A program made the position numbers and the translations under genes. Below are positions 15,001-27,608 of a DNA stretch of 64,000 nucleotides, piece by piece. The notes beneath the pieces were generated by a model. The model was not told the DNA's origin, did no database searches, and saw nothing but the letters and a program-made list of their open reading frames with translations. Every line of letters begins with the position of its first letter. Position 1 is the first letter of the stretch. Origin of the DNA: Eledone cirrhosa (Eukaryota); the NCBI GenBank assembly GCA_964016885.1, contig OZ024753.1:22382001-22446000 (forward strand), given 5' to 3'.

Positions 15001-18000
15001 AGTCACCCATATCCGAGATTCAAGTCCGGGGAAGGTTGTATTTGTGACCAGCAGTCACCCATATCCGAGGTTCAAGTCCAGGGAAGGTTGTATTTGTGAC
15101 CAGCAGTCACCCATATCAGAGGCCCAAGTCCGGGGAAGGTTGTATTTGTGACCAGCAGTCACCCATATCCGAGGCCCAAGTCCGGGGAAGGTTGTATTTG
15201 TGACCAGCAGTCACCCATATCCGAGGTTCAAGTCCGGGGAAGGTTGTATTTGTGACCAGCAGTCACCCATATCCGAGGCCCAAGGCCGGGAAGGTTGTAT
15301 TTGTTACCAGCAGTCACCCATATCCGAGATTCAAGTCCGGGGAAGGTTGTATTTGTGACCAGCAGTCACCCATATCCGAGGCCCAAGGTCGGGAAGGTTG
15401 TATTTGTGACCAGCAGTCACCCATATCAGAGATTCAAGTCCGGGGAAGGTTGTATTTGTGACCAGCAGTCACCCATATCCGAGGTTCAAGTCCGGGGTAG
15501 GTTGTATTTGTGACCAGCAGTCACCCATATCCGAACCCCAAGGCCGGGAAGGTTGTATTTGTGACCAGCTGTCACCCATATCCGAGATTCAAGTCCGGGG
15601 AAGGTTGTATTTGTGACCAGCAGTCACCCATATCCGAGGTTCAAGTCCAGGGAAGGTTGTATTTGTGACCAGCAGTCACCCATATCCGAGGCCCAAGTCC
15701 GGGGAAGGTTGTATTTGTGACCAGCAGTCACCCATATCCGAGGCCCAAGTCCGGGGAAGGTTGCATTTGTGACCAGCAGTCACCCATATCCGAGGTTCAA
15801 GTCCGGGGAAGGTTGTATTTGTGACCAGCAGTCACCCATATCCGAGGCCCAAGGCCGGGAAGGTTGTATTTGTTACCAGCAGTCACCCATATCCGAGGTT
15901 CAAGTCCGGGGAAGGTTGTATTTGTGACCAGCAGTCACCCATATCCGAGGTTCAAGTCCAGGGAAGGTTGTATTTGTGACCAGCAGTCACCCATATCCGA
16001 AGCCCAAGTCCGGGGAAGGTTGTATTTGTGACCAGCCGTCACCCATATCCGAGGCCCAAGGCCGGGGAAGGTTGTATTTGTGACCAGCAGTCACCCATAT
16101 CCGAGGCCCAAGTCCGGGGAAGGTTGTATTTGTGACCAGCAGTCACCCATATCCGAGGCCCAAGTCCGGGGAAGGTTGTATTTGTGACCAGCAGTCACCC
16201 ATATCTGAGGCCCAAGTCCGGGGAAGGTTGTATTTGTGACCAGCAGTCACCCATATCCGAGGTTCAAGTCCAGGGAAGGTTGTATTTGTGACCAGCAGTC
16301 ACCCATATCCGAGGTTCAAGTCCGGGGAAGGTTGTATTTGTGACCAGCAGTCACCCATATCCGAGGCCCAAGGCCGGGAAGGTTGTATTTGTGACCAGCA
16401 GTCACCCATATCCGAGGCCCAAGGCCGGGAAGGTTGTATTTGTGACCAGCAGTCACCCATATCAGAGATTCAAGTCCGGGGAAGGTTGTATTTGTGACCA
16501 GCAGTCACCCATATCCGAGGTTCAAGTCCAGGGAAGGTTGTATTTGTGACCAGCAGTCACCCATATCCGAGATTCAAGTCCGGGGAAGGTTGTATTTGTG
16601 ACCAGCAGTCACCCATATCCGAGGCCCAAGGCCGGGAAGGTTGCATTTGTGACCAGCAGTCACCCATATCAGAGATTCAAGTCCGGGGAAGGTTGTATTT
16701 GTGACCAGCAGTCACCCATATCCGAGATTCAAGTCTGGGGAAGGTTGTATTTGTGACCAGCAGTCACCCATATCCGAGGTTCAAGTCCAGGGAAGGTTGT
16801 ATTTGTGACCAGCAGTCACCCATATCCGAGGTTCAAGTCCGGGGAAGGTTGTATTTGTGACCATCAGTCACCCACATCCGAGATTCAAGTCCGGGGAAGG
16901 TTGTATTTGTGACCAGCAGTCACCCATATCCGAGGTTCAAGTCCGGGGAAGGTTGTATTTGTGACCAGCAGTCACCCATATCCGAGGCCCAAGGCCGGGA
17001 AGGTTGTATTTGTGACCAGCAGTCACCCATATCAGAGATTCAAGTCCGGGGAAGGTTGTATTTGTGACCAGCAGTCACCCATATCCGAGGTTCAAGTCCA
17101 GGGAAGGTTGTATTTGTGACCAGCAGTCACCCATATCCGAGGTTCAAGTCCGGGGAATGTTGTATTTGTGACCAGCAGTCACCCATATCCGAGGCCCAAG
17201 TCCGGGGAAGGTTTTATTTGTGACCAGCAGTCACCCATATCCGAGGTTCAAGTCCGGGGCAGGTTGTATTTGTGACCAGCAGTCACCCATATCCGAAGCC
17301 CAAGTCCGGGGAAGGTTGTATTTGTGACCAGCAGTCACCCATATCCGAGGCCCAAGGCCGGGGAAGGTTGTATTTGTGACCAGCAGTCACCCATATCCGA
17401 GGCCCAAGTCCGGGGAAGGTTGTATTTGTGACCAGCAGTCACCCATATCCGAGGCCCAAGTCCGGGGAAGGTTGTATTTGTGACCAGCAGTCACCCATAT
17501 CCGAGGCCCAAGTCCGGGGAAGGTTGTATTTGTGACCAGCAGTCACCCATATCCGAGGTTCAAGTCCAGGGAAGGTTGTATTTGTGACCAGCAGTCACCC
17601 ATATCCGAGGTTCAAGTCCGGGGAAGGTTGTATTTGTGACCAGCAGTCACCCATATCCGAGGCCCAAGTCCGGGGAAGGTTGTATTTGTGACCAGCAGTC
17701 ACGCATATCCGAGGCCCAAGTCCGGTGAAGGTTGTATTTGTGACCAGCAGTCACCCATATCCGAGGCCCAAGTCCGGGGAAGGTTGTATTTGTGACCAGC
17801 AGTCACCCATATCCGAGGTTCAAGTCCGGGGAAGGTTGTATTTGTGACCAGCAGTCACCCATATCCGAGGCCCAAGTCCGGGGAAGGTTGTATTTGTGAC
17901 CAGCAGTCACCCATATCCGAGATTCAAGTCCGGGGAAGGTTGTATTTGTGACCTGCAGTCACCCATATCCGAGGTTCAAGTCCGGGGAAGGTTGTATTTG

Positions 18001-21000
18001 TGACCAGCAGTCACCCATATCCGAGGCCCAAGGCCGGGAAGGTTGTATTTGTGACCAGCAGTCACCCATATCCGAGATTCAAGTCTGGGGAAGGTTGTAT
18101 TTGTGACCAGCAGTCACGCATATCCGAGGCCCAAGTCCGGTGAAGGTTGTATTTGTGACCAGCAGTCACCCATATCCGAGGCCCAAGTCCGGGGAAGGTT
18201 GTATTTGTGACCAGCAGTCACCCATATCCGAGGTTCAAGTCCGGGGAAGGTTGTATTTGTGACCAGCAGTCACCCATATCCGAGATTCAAGTCCGGGGAA
18301 GGTTGTATTTGTGACCTGCAGTCACCCATATCCGAGGTTCAAGTCCGGGGAAGGTTGTATTTGTGACCAGCAGTCACCCATATCCGAGGCCCAAGGCCGG
18401 GAAGGTTGTATTTGTGACCAGCAGTCACCCATATCCGAGATTCAAGTCTGGGGAAGGTTGTATTTGTGACCAGCAGTCACCCATATCCGAGGTTCAAGTC
18501 CAGGGAAGGTTGTATTTGTGACCAGCAGTCACCCATATCCGAGGCCCAAGGCCGGGAAGGTTGTATTTGTGACCAGCAGTCACCCATATCCGAGATTCAA
18601 GTCCGGGGAAGGTTGTATTTGTGACCAGCAGTCACCCATATCCGAGGTTCAAGTCCAGGGAAGGTTGTATTTGTGACCAGCAGTCACCCATATCAGAGGC
18701 CCAAGTCCGGGGAAGGTTGTATTTGTGACCAGCAGTCACCCATATCCGAGGCCCAAGTCCGGGGAAGGTTGTATTTGTGACCAGCAGTCACCCATATCCG
18801 AGGTTCAAGTCCGGGGAAGGTTGTATTTGTGACCAGCAGTCACCCATATCCGAGGCCCAAGGCCGGGAAGGTTGTATTTGTTACCAGCAGTCACCCATAT
18901 CCGAGATTCAAGTCCGGGGAAGGTTGTATTTGTGACCAGCAGTCACCCATATCCGAGGCCCAAGGTCGGGAAGGTTGTATTTGTGACCAGCAGTCACCCA
19001 TATCAGAGATTCAAGTCCGGGGAAGGTTGTATTTGTGACCAGCAGTCACCCATATCCGAGGTTCAAGTCCGGGGTAGGTTGTATTTGTGACCAGCAGTCA
19101 CCCATATCCGAAGCCCAAGGCCGGGAAGGTTGTATTTGTGACCAGCTGTCACCCATATCCGAGATTCAAGTCCGGGGAAGGTTGTATTTGTGACCAGCAG
19201 TCACCCATATCCGAGGTTCAAGTCCAGGGAAGGTTGTATTTGTGACCAGCAGTCACCCATATCCGAGGCCCAAGTCCGGGGAAGGTTGCATTTGTGACCA
19301 GCAGTCACCCATATCCGAGGTTCAAGTCCGGGGAAGGTTGTATTTGTGACCAGCAGTCACCCATATCCGAGGCCCAAGGCCGGGAAGGTTGTATTTGTTA
19401 CCAGCAGTCACCCATATCCGAGGTTCAAGTCCGGGGAAGGTTGTATTTGTGACCAGCAGTCACCCATATCCGAGGCCCAAGGCCGGGAAGGTTGTATTTG
19501 TGACCAGCAGTCACCCATATCCGAGGCCCAAGGCCGGGAAGGTTGTATTTGTGACCAGCAGTCACCCATATCAGAGATTCAAGTCCGGGGAAGGTTGTAT
19601 TTGTGACCAGCAGTCACCCATATCCGAGGTTCAAGTCCAGGGAAGGTTGTATTTGTGACCAGCAGTCACCCATATCCGAGGTTCAAGTCCGGGGAATCTT
19701 GTATTTGTGACCAGCAGTCACCCATATCCGAGGCCCAAGGCCGGGGAAGGTTGTATTTGTGACCAGCAGTCACCCATATCAGAGATTCAAGTCCGGGGAA
19801 GGTTGTATTTGTGACCAGCAGTCACCCATATCCGAGGTTCAAGTCCAGGGAAGGTTGTATTTGTGACCAGCAGTCACCCATATCCGAAGCCCAAGTCCGG
19901 GGAAGGTTGTATTTGTGACCAGCCGTCACCCATATCCGAGGCCCAAGGCCGGGGAAGGTTGTATTTGTGACCAGCAGTCACCCATATCCGAGGCCCAAGT
20001 CCGGGGAAGGTTGTATTTGTGACCAGCAGTCACCCATATCCGAGGCCCAAGTCCGGGGAAGGTTGTATTTGTGACCAGCAGTCACCCATATCTGAGGCCC
20101 AAGTCCGGGGAAGGTTGTATTTGTGACCAGCAGTCACCCATATCCGAGGTTCAAGTCCAGGGAAGGTTGTATTTGTGACCAGCAGTCACCCATATCCGAG
20201 GTTCAAGTCCGGGGAAGGTTGTATTTGTGACCAGCAGTCACCCATATCCGAGGCCCAAGGCCGGGAAGGTTGTATTTGTGACCAGCAGTCACCCATATCC
20301 GAGGCCCAAGGCCGGGAAGGTTGTATTTGTGACCAGCAGTCACCCATATCAGAGATTCAAGTCCGGGGAAGGTTGTATTTGTGACCAGCAGTCACCCATA
20401 TCCGAGGTTCAAGTCCAGGGAAGGTTGTATTTGTGACCAGCAGTCACTCATATCCGAGATTCAAGTCCGGGGAAGGTTGTATTTGTGACCAGCAGTCACC
20501 CATATCCGAGGCCCAAGGCCGGGAAGGTTGTATTTGTGACCAGCAGTCACCCATATCAGAGATTCAAGTCCGGGGAAGGTTGTATTTGTGACCAGCAGTC
20601 ACCCATATCCGAGATTCAAGTCTGGGGAAGGTTGTATTTGTGACCAGCAGTCACCCATATCCGAGGTTCAAGTCCAGGGAAGGTTGTATTTGTGACCAGC
20701 AGTCACCCATATCCGAGGTTCAAGTCCGGGGAAGGTTGTATTTGTGACCATCAGTCACCCACATCCGAGATTCAAGTCCGGGGAAGGTTGTATTTGTGAC
20801 CAGCAGTCACCCATATCCGAGGTTCAAGTCCGGGGAAGGTTGTATTTGTGACCAGCAGTCACCCATATCCGAGGCCCAAGGCCGGGAAGGTTGTATTTGT
20901 GACCAGCAGTCACCCATATCAGAGATTCAAGTCCGGGGAAGGTTGTATTTGTGACCAGCAGTCACCCATATCCGAGGTTCAAGTCCAGGGAAGGTTGTAT

Positions 21001-23147
21001 TTGTGACCAGCAGTCACCCATATCCGAGGTTCAAGTCCGGGGAATGTTGTATTTGTGACCAGCAGTCACCCATATCCGAGGCCCAAGTCCGGGGAAGGTT
21101 GTATTTGTGACCAGCAGTCACCCATATCCGAGGTTCAAGTCCGGGGCAGGTTGTATTTGTGACCAGCAGTCACCCATATCCGAAGCCCAAGTCCGGGGAA
21201 GGTTGTATTTGTGACCAGCAGTCACCCATATCCGAGGCCCAAGGCCGGGGAAGGTTGTATTTGTGACCAGCAGTCACCCATATCCGAGGCCCAAGTCCGG
21301 GGAAGGTTGTATTTGTGACCAGCAGTCACCCATATCCGAGGCCCAAGTCCGGGGAAGGTTGTATTTGTGACCAGCAGTCACCCATATCCGAGGCCCAAGT
21401 CCGGGGAAGGTTGTATTTGTGACCAGCAGTCACCCATATCCGAGGTTCAAGTCCAGGGAAGGTTGTATTTGTGACCAGCAGTCACCCATATCCGAGGTTC
21501 AAGTCCGGGGAAGGTTGTATTTGTGACCAGCAGTCACCCATATCCGAGGCCCAAGTCCGGGGAAGGTTGTATTTGTGACCAGCAGTCACGCATATCCGAG
21601 GCCCAAGTCCGGTGAAGGTTGTATTTGTGACCAGCAGTCACCCATATCCGAGGCCCAAGTCCGGGGAAGGTTGTATTTGTGACCAGCAGTCACCCATATC
21701 CGAGGTTCAAGTCCGGGGAAGGTTGTATTTGTGACCAGCAGTCACCCATATCCGAGGCCCAAGTCCGGGGAAGGTTGTATTTGTGACCAGCAGTCACCCA
21801 TATCCGAGATTCAAGTCCGGGGAAGGTTGTATTTGTGACCTGCAGTCACCCATATCCGAGGTTCAAGTCCGGGGAAGGTTGTATTTGTGACCAGCAGTCA
21901 CCCATATCCGAGGCCCAAGGCCGGGAAGGTTGTATTTGTGACCAGCAGTCACCCATATCCGAGATTCAAGTCTGGGGAAGGTTGTATTTGTGACCAGCAG
22001 TCACCCATATCCGAGGTTCAAGTCCAGGGAAGGTTGTATTTGTGACCAGCAGTCACCCATATCCGAGGTTCATGTCCGGGAAGGTTGTATTTGTGACCAG
22101 CAGTCACCCATATCCGAGATTCAAGTCCGGGGAAGGTTGTATTTGTGACCAGCAGTCACCCATATCCGAGGTTCAAGTCCGGGGAAGGTTGTATTTGTGA
22201 CCAGCAGTCACCCATATCCGAGGCCCAAGGCCGGGAAGGTTGTATTTGTGACCAGCAGTCACCCATATCCGAGATTCAAGTCCGGGGAAGGTTGTATTTG
22301 TGACCAGCAGTCACCCATATCCGAGGTTCAAGTCCAGGGAAGGTTGTATTTGTGACCAGCAGTCACCCATATCAGAGGCCCAAGTCCGGGGAAGGTTGTA
22401 TTTGTGACCAGCAGTCACCCATATCCGAGGCCCAAGTCCGGGGAAGGTTGTATTTGTGACCAGCAGTCACCCATATCCGAGGTTCAAGTCCGGGGAAGGT
22501 TGTATTTGTGACCAGCAGTCACCCATATCCGAGGCCCAAGGCCGGGAAGGTTGTATTTGTTACCAGCAGTCACCCATATCCGAGATTCAAGTCCGGGGAA
22601 GGTTGTATTTGTGACCAGCAGTCACCCATATCCGAGGCCCAAGGCCGGGAAGGTTGTATTTGTGACCAGCAGTCACCCATATCAGAGATTCAAGTCCGGG
22701 GAAGGTTGTATTTGTGACCAGCAGTCACCCATATCCGAGGTTCAAGTCCAGGGAAGGTTGTATTTGTGACCAGCAGTCACCCATATCCGAGATTCAAGTC
22801 CAGGGAAGGTTGTATTTGTGACCAGCAGTCACCCATATCCGAGGTTCAAGTCCGGGGAAGGTTGTATTTGTGACCAGCAGTCACCCATATCCGAAGCCCA
22901 AGTCCGGGGATGTTGTATTTGTGACCAGCAGTCACCCATATCCGAGGTTCAAGTCCAGGGAAGATTGTATTTGTGACCAGCAGTCACCCATATCCGAGGC
23001 CCAAGGCCGGGAAGGTTGTATTTGTGACCAGCAGTCACCCATATCCGAGATTCAAGTCTGGGGAAGGTTGTATTTGTGACCAGCAGTCACCCATATCCGA
23101 GGTTCAAGTCCAGGGAAGGTTGTATTTGTGACCAGCAGTCACCCATA
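1..23147. repeat. 52-bp tandem satellite array (~445 monomers, open at window start) with higher-order structure
   Basis: Monomer TGACCAGCAGTCACCCATATCCGAGG(TT/CC)CAAGTCCGGGGAAGGTTGTATTTG repeated head to tail; a 51-bp variant (...CAAGGCCGGGAAGG) is interspersed; identical ORF-track peptides recur at 5967-bp offsets (5137/11104, 6381/12348). Confidence 0.98.
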
Positions 23148-23335
23148 CCAGTCTCTCTACGCCATGTTGTCCAAGGAAAAAGCAATGGCCGATACATCTT
23201 GGCGCCAGTGATGTCGCTATTTCTACAACTGGAGCAACGTGAAATAAAGTGTATAACACAATGCAAGGCCCGGTCTGAGATTCGAACTCACAATCTCACC
23301 ATTATAAGCCCGACTCTCTAACCATGCCATGCATG
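23100..23335 (-). mobile_element. tRNA-derived SINE with CORE-like centre, continuous with the satellite
   Basis: Minus strand reads GCATGGCATGGTTAGAGAGTCGGGC (decayed A box), GAGTTCGAATC (B box, 23279-23289), then ACACTTTATTTCACGTTGCTCCAGT (CORE-like), then passes directly into the satellite monomer. Confidence 0.8.
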
Positions 23336-23455
23336 TATGTATGTATATATATTTATATGTGTGTGTGTCTGTGTATGTGTGTTATGTATATATGTATATA
23401 TATGTGTGTGTGTGTGTCTGTGTATTATGTATATATGTATATAAATATAGATTTG

Positions 23456-23876
23456 TGAATGGAAAAAATGAAATTTCTTTTGTCACTCTTAGTACGGCTG
23501 ATAACTAAATATAAGTATGTATACGTACATACATATATGTATACAGACGTACAGTAGTATGTATATATATATACATACATGCACACATATATATGTACGT
23601 ATCGGTTTACCGAACATTTATTATAATGCTCGGTTTGTTTGTAAACAAACATCCCGAATTACGCCGTACAGTGTTCGGCAACCATCGTTGTCCTTTTGTA
23701 CTGACAAAGAAACGATTAACTAGTTTCTAGCTTATTAGCTGTCATCAGCACCGTATACCTTCATGTCAGATGATTGAACGTTTGAAAGTATATACTTTCC
23801 TTATGCATATTTAACGGCTGAACAGCCTAATTTGCATATCGAGTGAGTTAGTCGGCCGGTTGTACTGAAAACGATA
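23456..23876. repeat. Unclassified ~420-bp interspersed repeat, copy 1
   Basis: Colinear similarity to 38500-38916 (CACTCTTAGTACGGCTG...GAACATTTATTATAATGCTCGG...TTTGCATATCGAGTG...GAAAACGATA). Confidence 0.8.
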
Positions 23877-23899
23877 TATATTTGTGGATGTTTGAATAT

Positions 23900-24590
23900 A
23901 TGTGTGTATGTATGTATGTGTGTGTGTCTGTGTGTGTGTGTCTGTGTTAGGTATATATGTATATAAATATATATATGTGTGTGTGTGTCTGTGTTAGGTA
24001 TATATGTATATAAATATATGTATGTGTGTATGCATGTGTGTGTGTGTCTGTGTTAGGTATATATATGTATATAAATATATGTATGTGTGTATGTATGTGT
24101 GTGTCTGTGTGTGTGTCTGTGTTAGGTATATATGTATATAAATATATATATGTGTGTATGTATGTGTGGGTATGTATGTGTGTGTGTGTCTGTGTGTGTG
24201 TGTGTCTGTGTTAGGTATATATATATATGTATATAAATATATGTATGTGGGTATGTATGTGTGTGTATGTATGTGTGTGTGTCTGTGTGTCTGTGTTAGG
24301 TATATATATGTATATAAATATATATATGTGTGTATGTATGTGTGTGTATGTATATGTGTGTGTCTGTGTGTGTGTGTGTCTGTGTTAGGTATATATATGT
24401 ATATAAATATATATATGTGTGTATGTATGTGTGTGTATGTATGTGTGTGTGTGTGTGTCTGTGTGTCTGTGTTAGGTATATATATGTATATAAATATATA
24501 TATGTGTGTATGTATGTGTGTGTATGTATGTGTGTGTGTGTCTGTGTTAGGTATATATATGTATATAAATATTTATATGTGTGGATGTTT
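23900..24590. repeat. Compound minisatellite: TCTGTGTTAGGTATATAT..GTATATAAATAT anchor with variable (GT)/(GTAT) runs
   Basis: Anchor motif recurs about nine times with variable-length dinucleotide spacers. Confidence 0.9.
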
Positions 24591-24684
24591 ATATATTGTA
24601 CATTAAAAAGAGAATAAATATCCGAAGATGAAGGCTGAACATGGAAAATATTTGTAGTCTATCTCTGTGTGAATGTCTTAGAAT

Positions 24685-26415
24685 ATGGTGCATGTGTATA
24701 TATGGTGAATGTGTATATATGGTGCATGTATATATATGGTGCATGTATATATATGTTGCATGTATATATATGGTGCATGTATATATATGCTGCATGTATA
24801 TATATGCTGCATGTATATATATGGTGCATGTATATATATGTTGCATGTATATATATGGTGCATGTATATATATGTTGCATGTATATATATGGTGCATGTA
24901 TATATATGCTGCATGTATATATATGCTGCATGTATATATATGGTGCATGTATATATATGTTGCATGTATATATATGGTGCATGTATATATATGGTGCATG
25001 TATATATATGGTGCATGTATATATATGTTGCATGTATATATATGGTGCATGTATATATATGCTGCATGTATATATATGCTGCATGTATATATATGGTGCA
25101 TGTATATATATGTTGCATGTATATATATGGTGCATGTATATATATGTTGCATGTATATATATGGTGCATGTATATATATGGTGCATGTATATATATGGTG
25201 CATGTATATATATGAGGCATGTATATATATGAGGCATGTATATATATTAGGCATGTATATATATCAGGCATGTATATATATTAGGCATGTATATATATGG
25301 TGCATGTATATATATTAGGCATGTATATATATACTGCATGTATATATATGAGGCATGTATATATATTAGGCATGTATATATATATGAGGCATGTATGTAT
25401 ATTAGGCATGTATATATATGAGGCATGTATATATATGAGGCATGTGTATATATGGTGCATGTATATATATGGTGGATGTATATATATTAGGCATGTATAT
25501 ATATATGGTGCATGTATATATATGCTGCATGTATATATATTAGGCATGTATATATATGGTGCATGTATATATATGAGGCATGTATATATATATGAGACAT
25601 GTATATATATTAGGCATGTATATATATTATGCAGGTATATATATGAGGCATGTATATATATTAGGCATGTATATATATGCTGCATGTATATATATGAGGC
25701 ATGTATATATATGGTGCATGTATATATATGAGACATGTATATATATTAGGCATATATATATATGAGGCATGTATATATATGAGGCATGTATATATATGAG
25801 GCATGTATATATATGAGGCATGTATATATATGAGGCATGTATATATATGAGGCATGTATATATATGAGGCATGTATATATATGAGGCATGTATATATATG
25901 CTGCATGTATATATATGAGGCATGTATATATATGAGGCATGTATATATATGAGGCATGTATATATATGCTGCATGTATATATATGAGGCATGTATATATA
26001 TGAGGCATGTATATATATATGAGGCATGTATATATATGGTGGATGTATATATATTAGGCATATATATATATGAGGCATGTATATATATGAGGCATGTATA
26101 TATATGGTGCATGTATATATATGCTGCATGTATATATATGAGGCATGTATATATATGAGGCATGTATATATATGAGGCATATATATATATGAGGCATGTA
26201 TATATATGAGGCATGTATATATATGAGGCATGTATATATATGAGGCATGTATATATATGAGGCATGTATATATATGAGGCATGTATATATATGAGGCATG
26301 CATATATATGAGGCATATATATATATGAGGTATATATATATATGAGGCATATATATATATGGTGCATGTATATATATGAGGCATGTATATATATGAGGCA
26401 TGTATATATATGAGG
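24685..26415. repeat. 17-bp minisatellite (GCATGTATATATAT + variable triplet), ~100 copies
   Basis: Tandem units with variable triplet GGT/GTT/GCT/GAG/TAG. Confidence 0.95.
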
Positions 26416-26468
26416 TATGTATTTTTATACATACCTACGTAGAGAACACTTTCATGTTTCATTGCCAA

Positions 26469-26739
26469 CACACGTAGACAGCTCTATCTACTTCACCTAT
26501 ACACACAGACACGTGGAGCTACATACACGTAGACAGCTCTATCTACTTCACCTATACACACAGACACGTGGAGCTACATACACGTAGACAGCTCTATCTA
26601 CTTCACCTATACACACAGACACGTGGAGCTACATACACGTAGACAGCTCTATCTACTTCACCTATACACACAGACACGTGGAGCTACATACACGTAGACA
26701 GCTCTATCTACTTCACCTATACACACAGACACGTGGAGC
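26469..26739. repeat. 55-bp tandem repeat, ~5 essentially identical copies
   Basis: CACGTAGACAGCTCTATCTACTTCACCTATACACACAGACACGTGGAGCTACATA starts at 26471, 26526, 26581, 26636, 26691. Confidence 0.95.
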
Positions 26740-26850
26740 CACGCAAACGAGAAATTTATTCCGCTAATTGATATTTCCTCCATGTTGCTGATAATATTAC
26801 CAACTCGTTTATGATGTGTCAGCGTGGGAAGAAATTTAAAGCTAAAGTCC

Positions 26851-26888
26851 GTGTGTGTGTGTGCCCCGTGTGTGTGTATGTGTGTGTG

Positions 26889-26932
<44 letters not shown>

Positions 26933-26969
26933 GTGTGTGTATGTGTGTGTGTGTGTGTGTATGTGTGTG

Positions 26970-27001
<32 letters not shown>

Positions 27002-27121
27002 AGTGTGAGTGTGAGTGTGTGTGTGTGTATGTGTGTGTGTGTGTGTATGTGTGTGAGTGTGAGTGTGAGTGTGTGTGTGTATGTGTGTGTGTGTGTGTGT
27101 ATGTGTGTGTGTGTGAGTGTG

Positions 27122-27161
<40 letters not shown>

Positions 27162-27273
27162 TGTGAGTGTGAGTGTGTGTGTGTGTGTGTGTATGTGTGT
27201 GTGTGTGTATGTGTGTGAGTGTGAGTGTGTGTGTCCGTGTGTGTGTGTGTATGTGTGTGTGTGTGTGAGTGTG

Positions 27274-27335
<62 letters not shown>

Positions 27336-27369
27336 TGTGTGTGTATGTGTGTGAGTGTGAGTGTGTGTG

Positions 27370-27401
<32 letters not shown>
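26851..27401. repeat. Interrupted (GT)n / (GAGTGT)n microsatellite
   Basis: Direct reading. Confidence 0.95.
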
Positions 27402-27608
27402 GAGAGAGGGAGAGAATCTGGTAAATAGATGTAAGGAACTAGGATAGATATACAGATGTATTTATTAAGGCACGCGTCCAAGTATGTTTGCAAAATATTG
27501 CCGTGATAAAAAGAGGCAAAACAATCTGTGTAGCGGCACAATATATTGAGTTAGCTGCTGTTTCTTTAGTTTTTACTAAGTTTCTGCGCCTTGGTGTATA
27601 TATATATA

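Noticed and set aside
1-23147. CRISPR array or coding repeat (MTSSHPYP... ORFs)
   Set aside because: No unique spacers and no cas genes; the ORFs are short translations of the satellite, opened by 51-bp frame-shifting monomers or point variants
1-23147. Hammerhead-containing satellite like those of newts or schistosomes
   Set aside because: No CUGANGA/GAAA core on either strand; only a small GTGAC-N5-GTCAC hairpin
23940-24560. TTAGG telomere-like motif
   Set aside because: Single occurrences within a minisatellite unit, never tandem
24026-27541. Cys/His/Tyr-rich ORFs
   Set aside because: Translations of micro- and minisatellites, open in many frames on both strands
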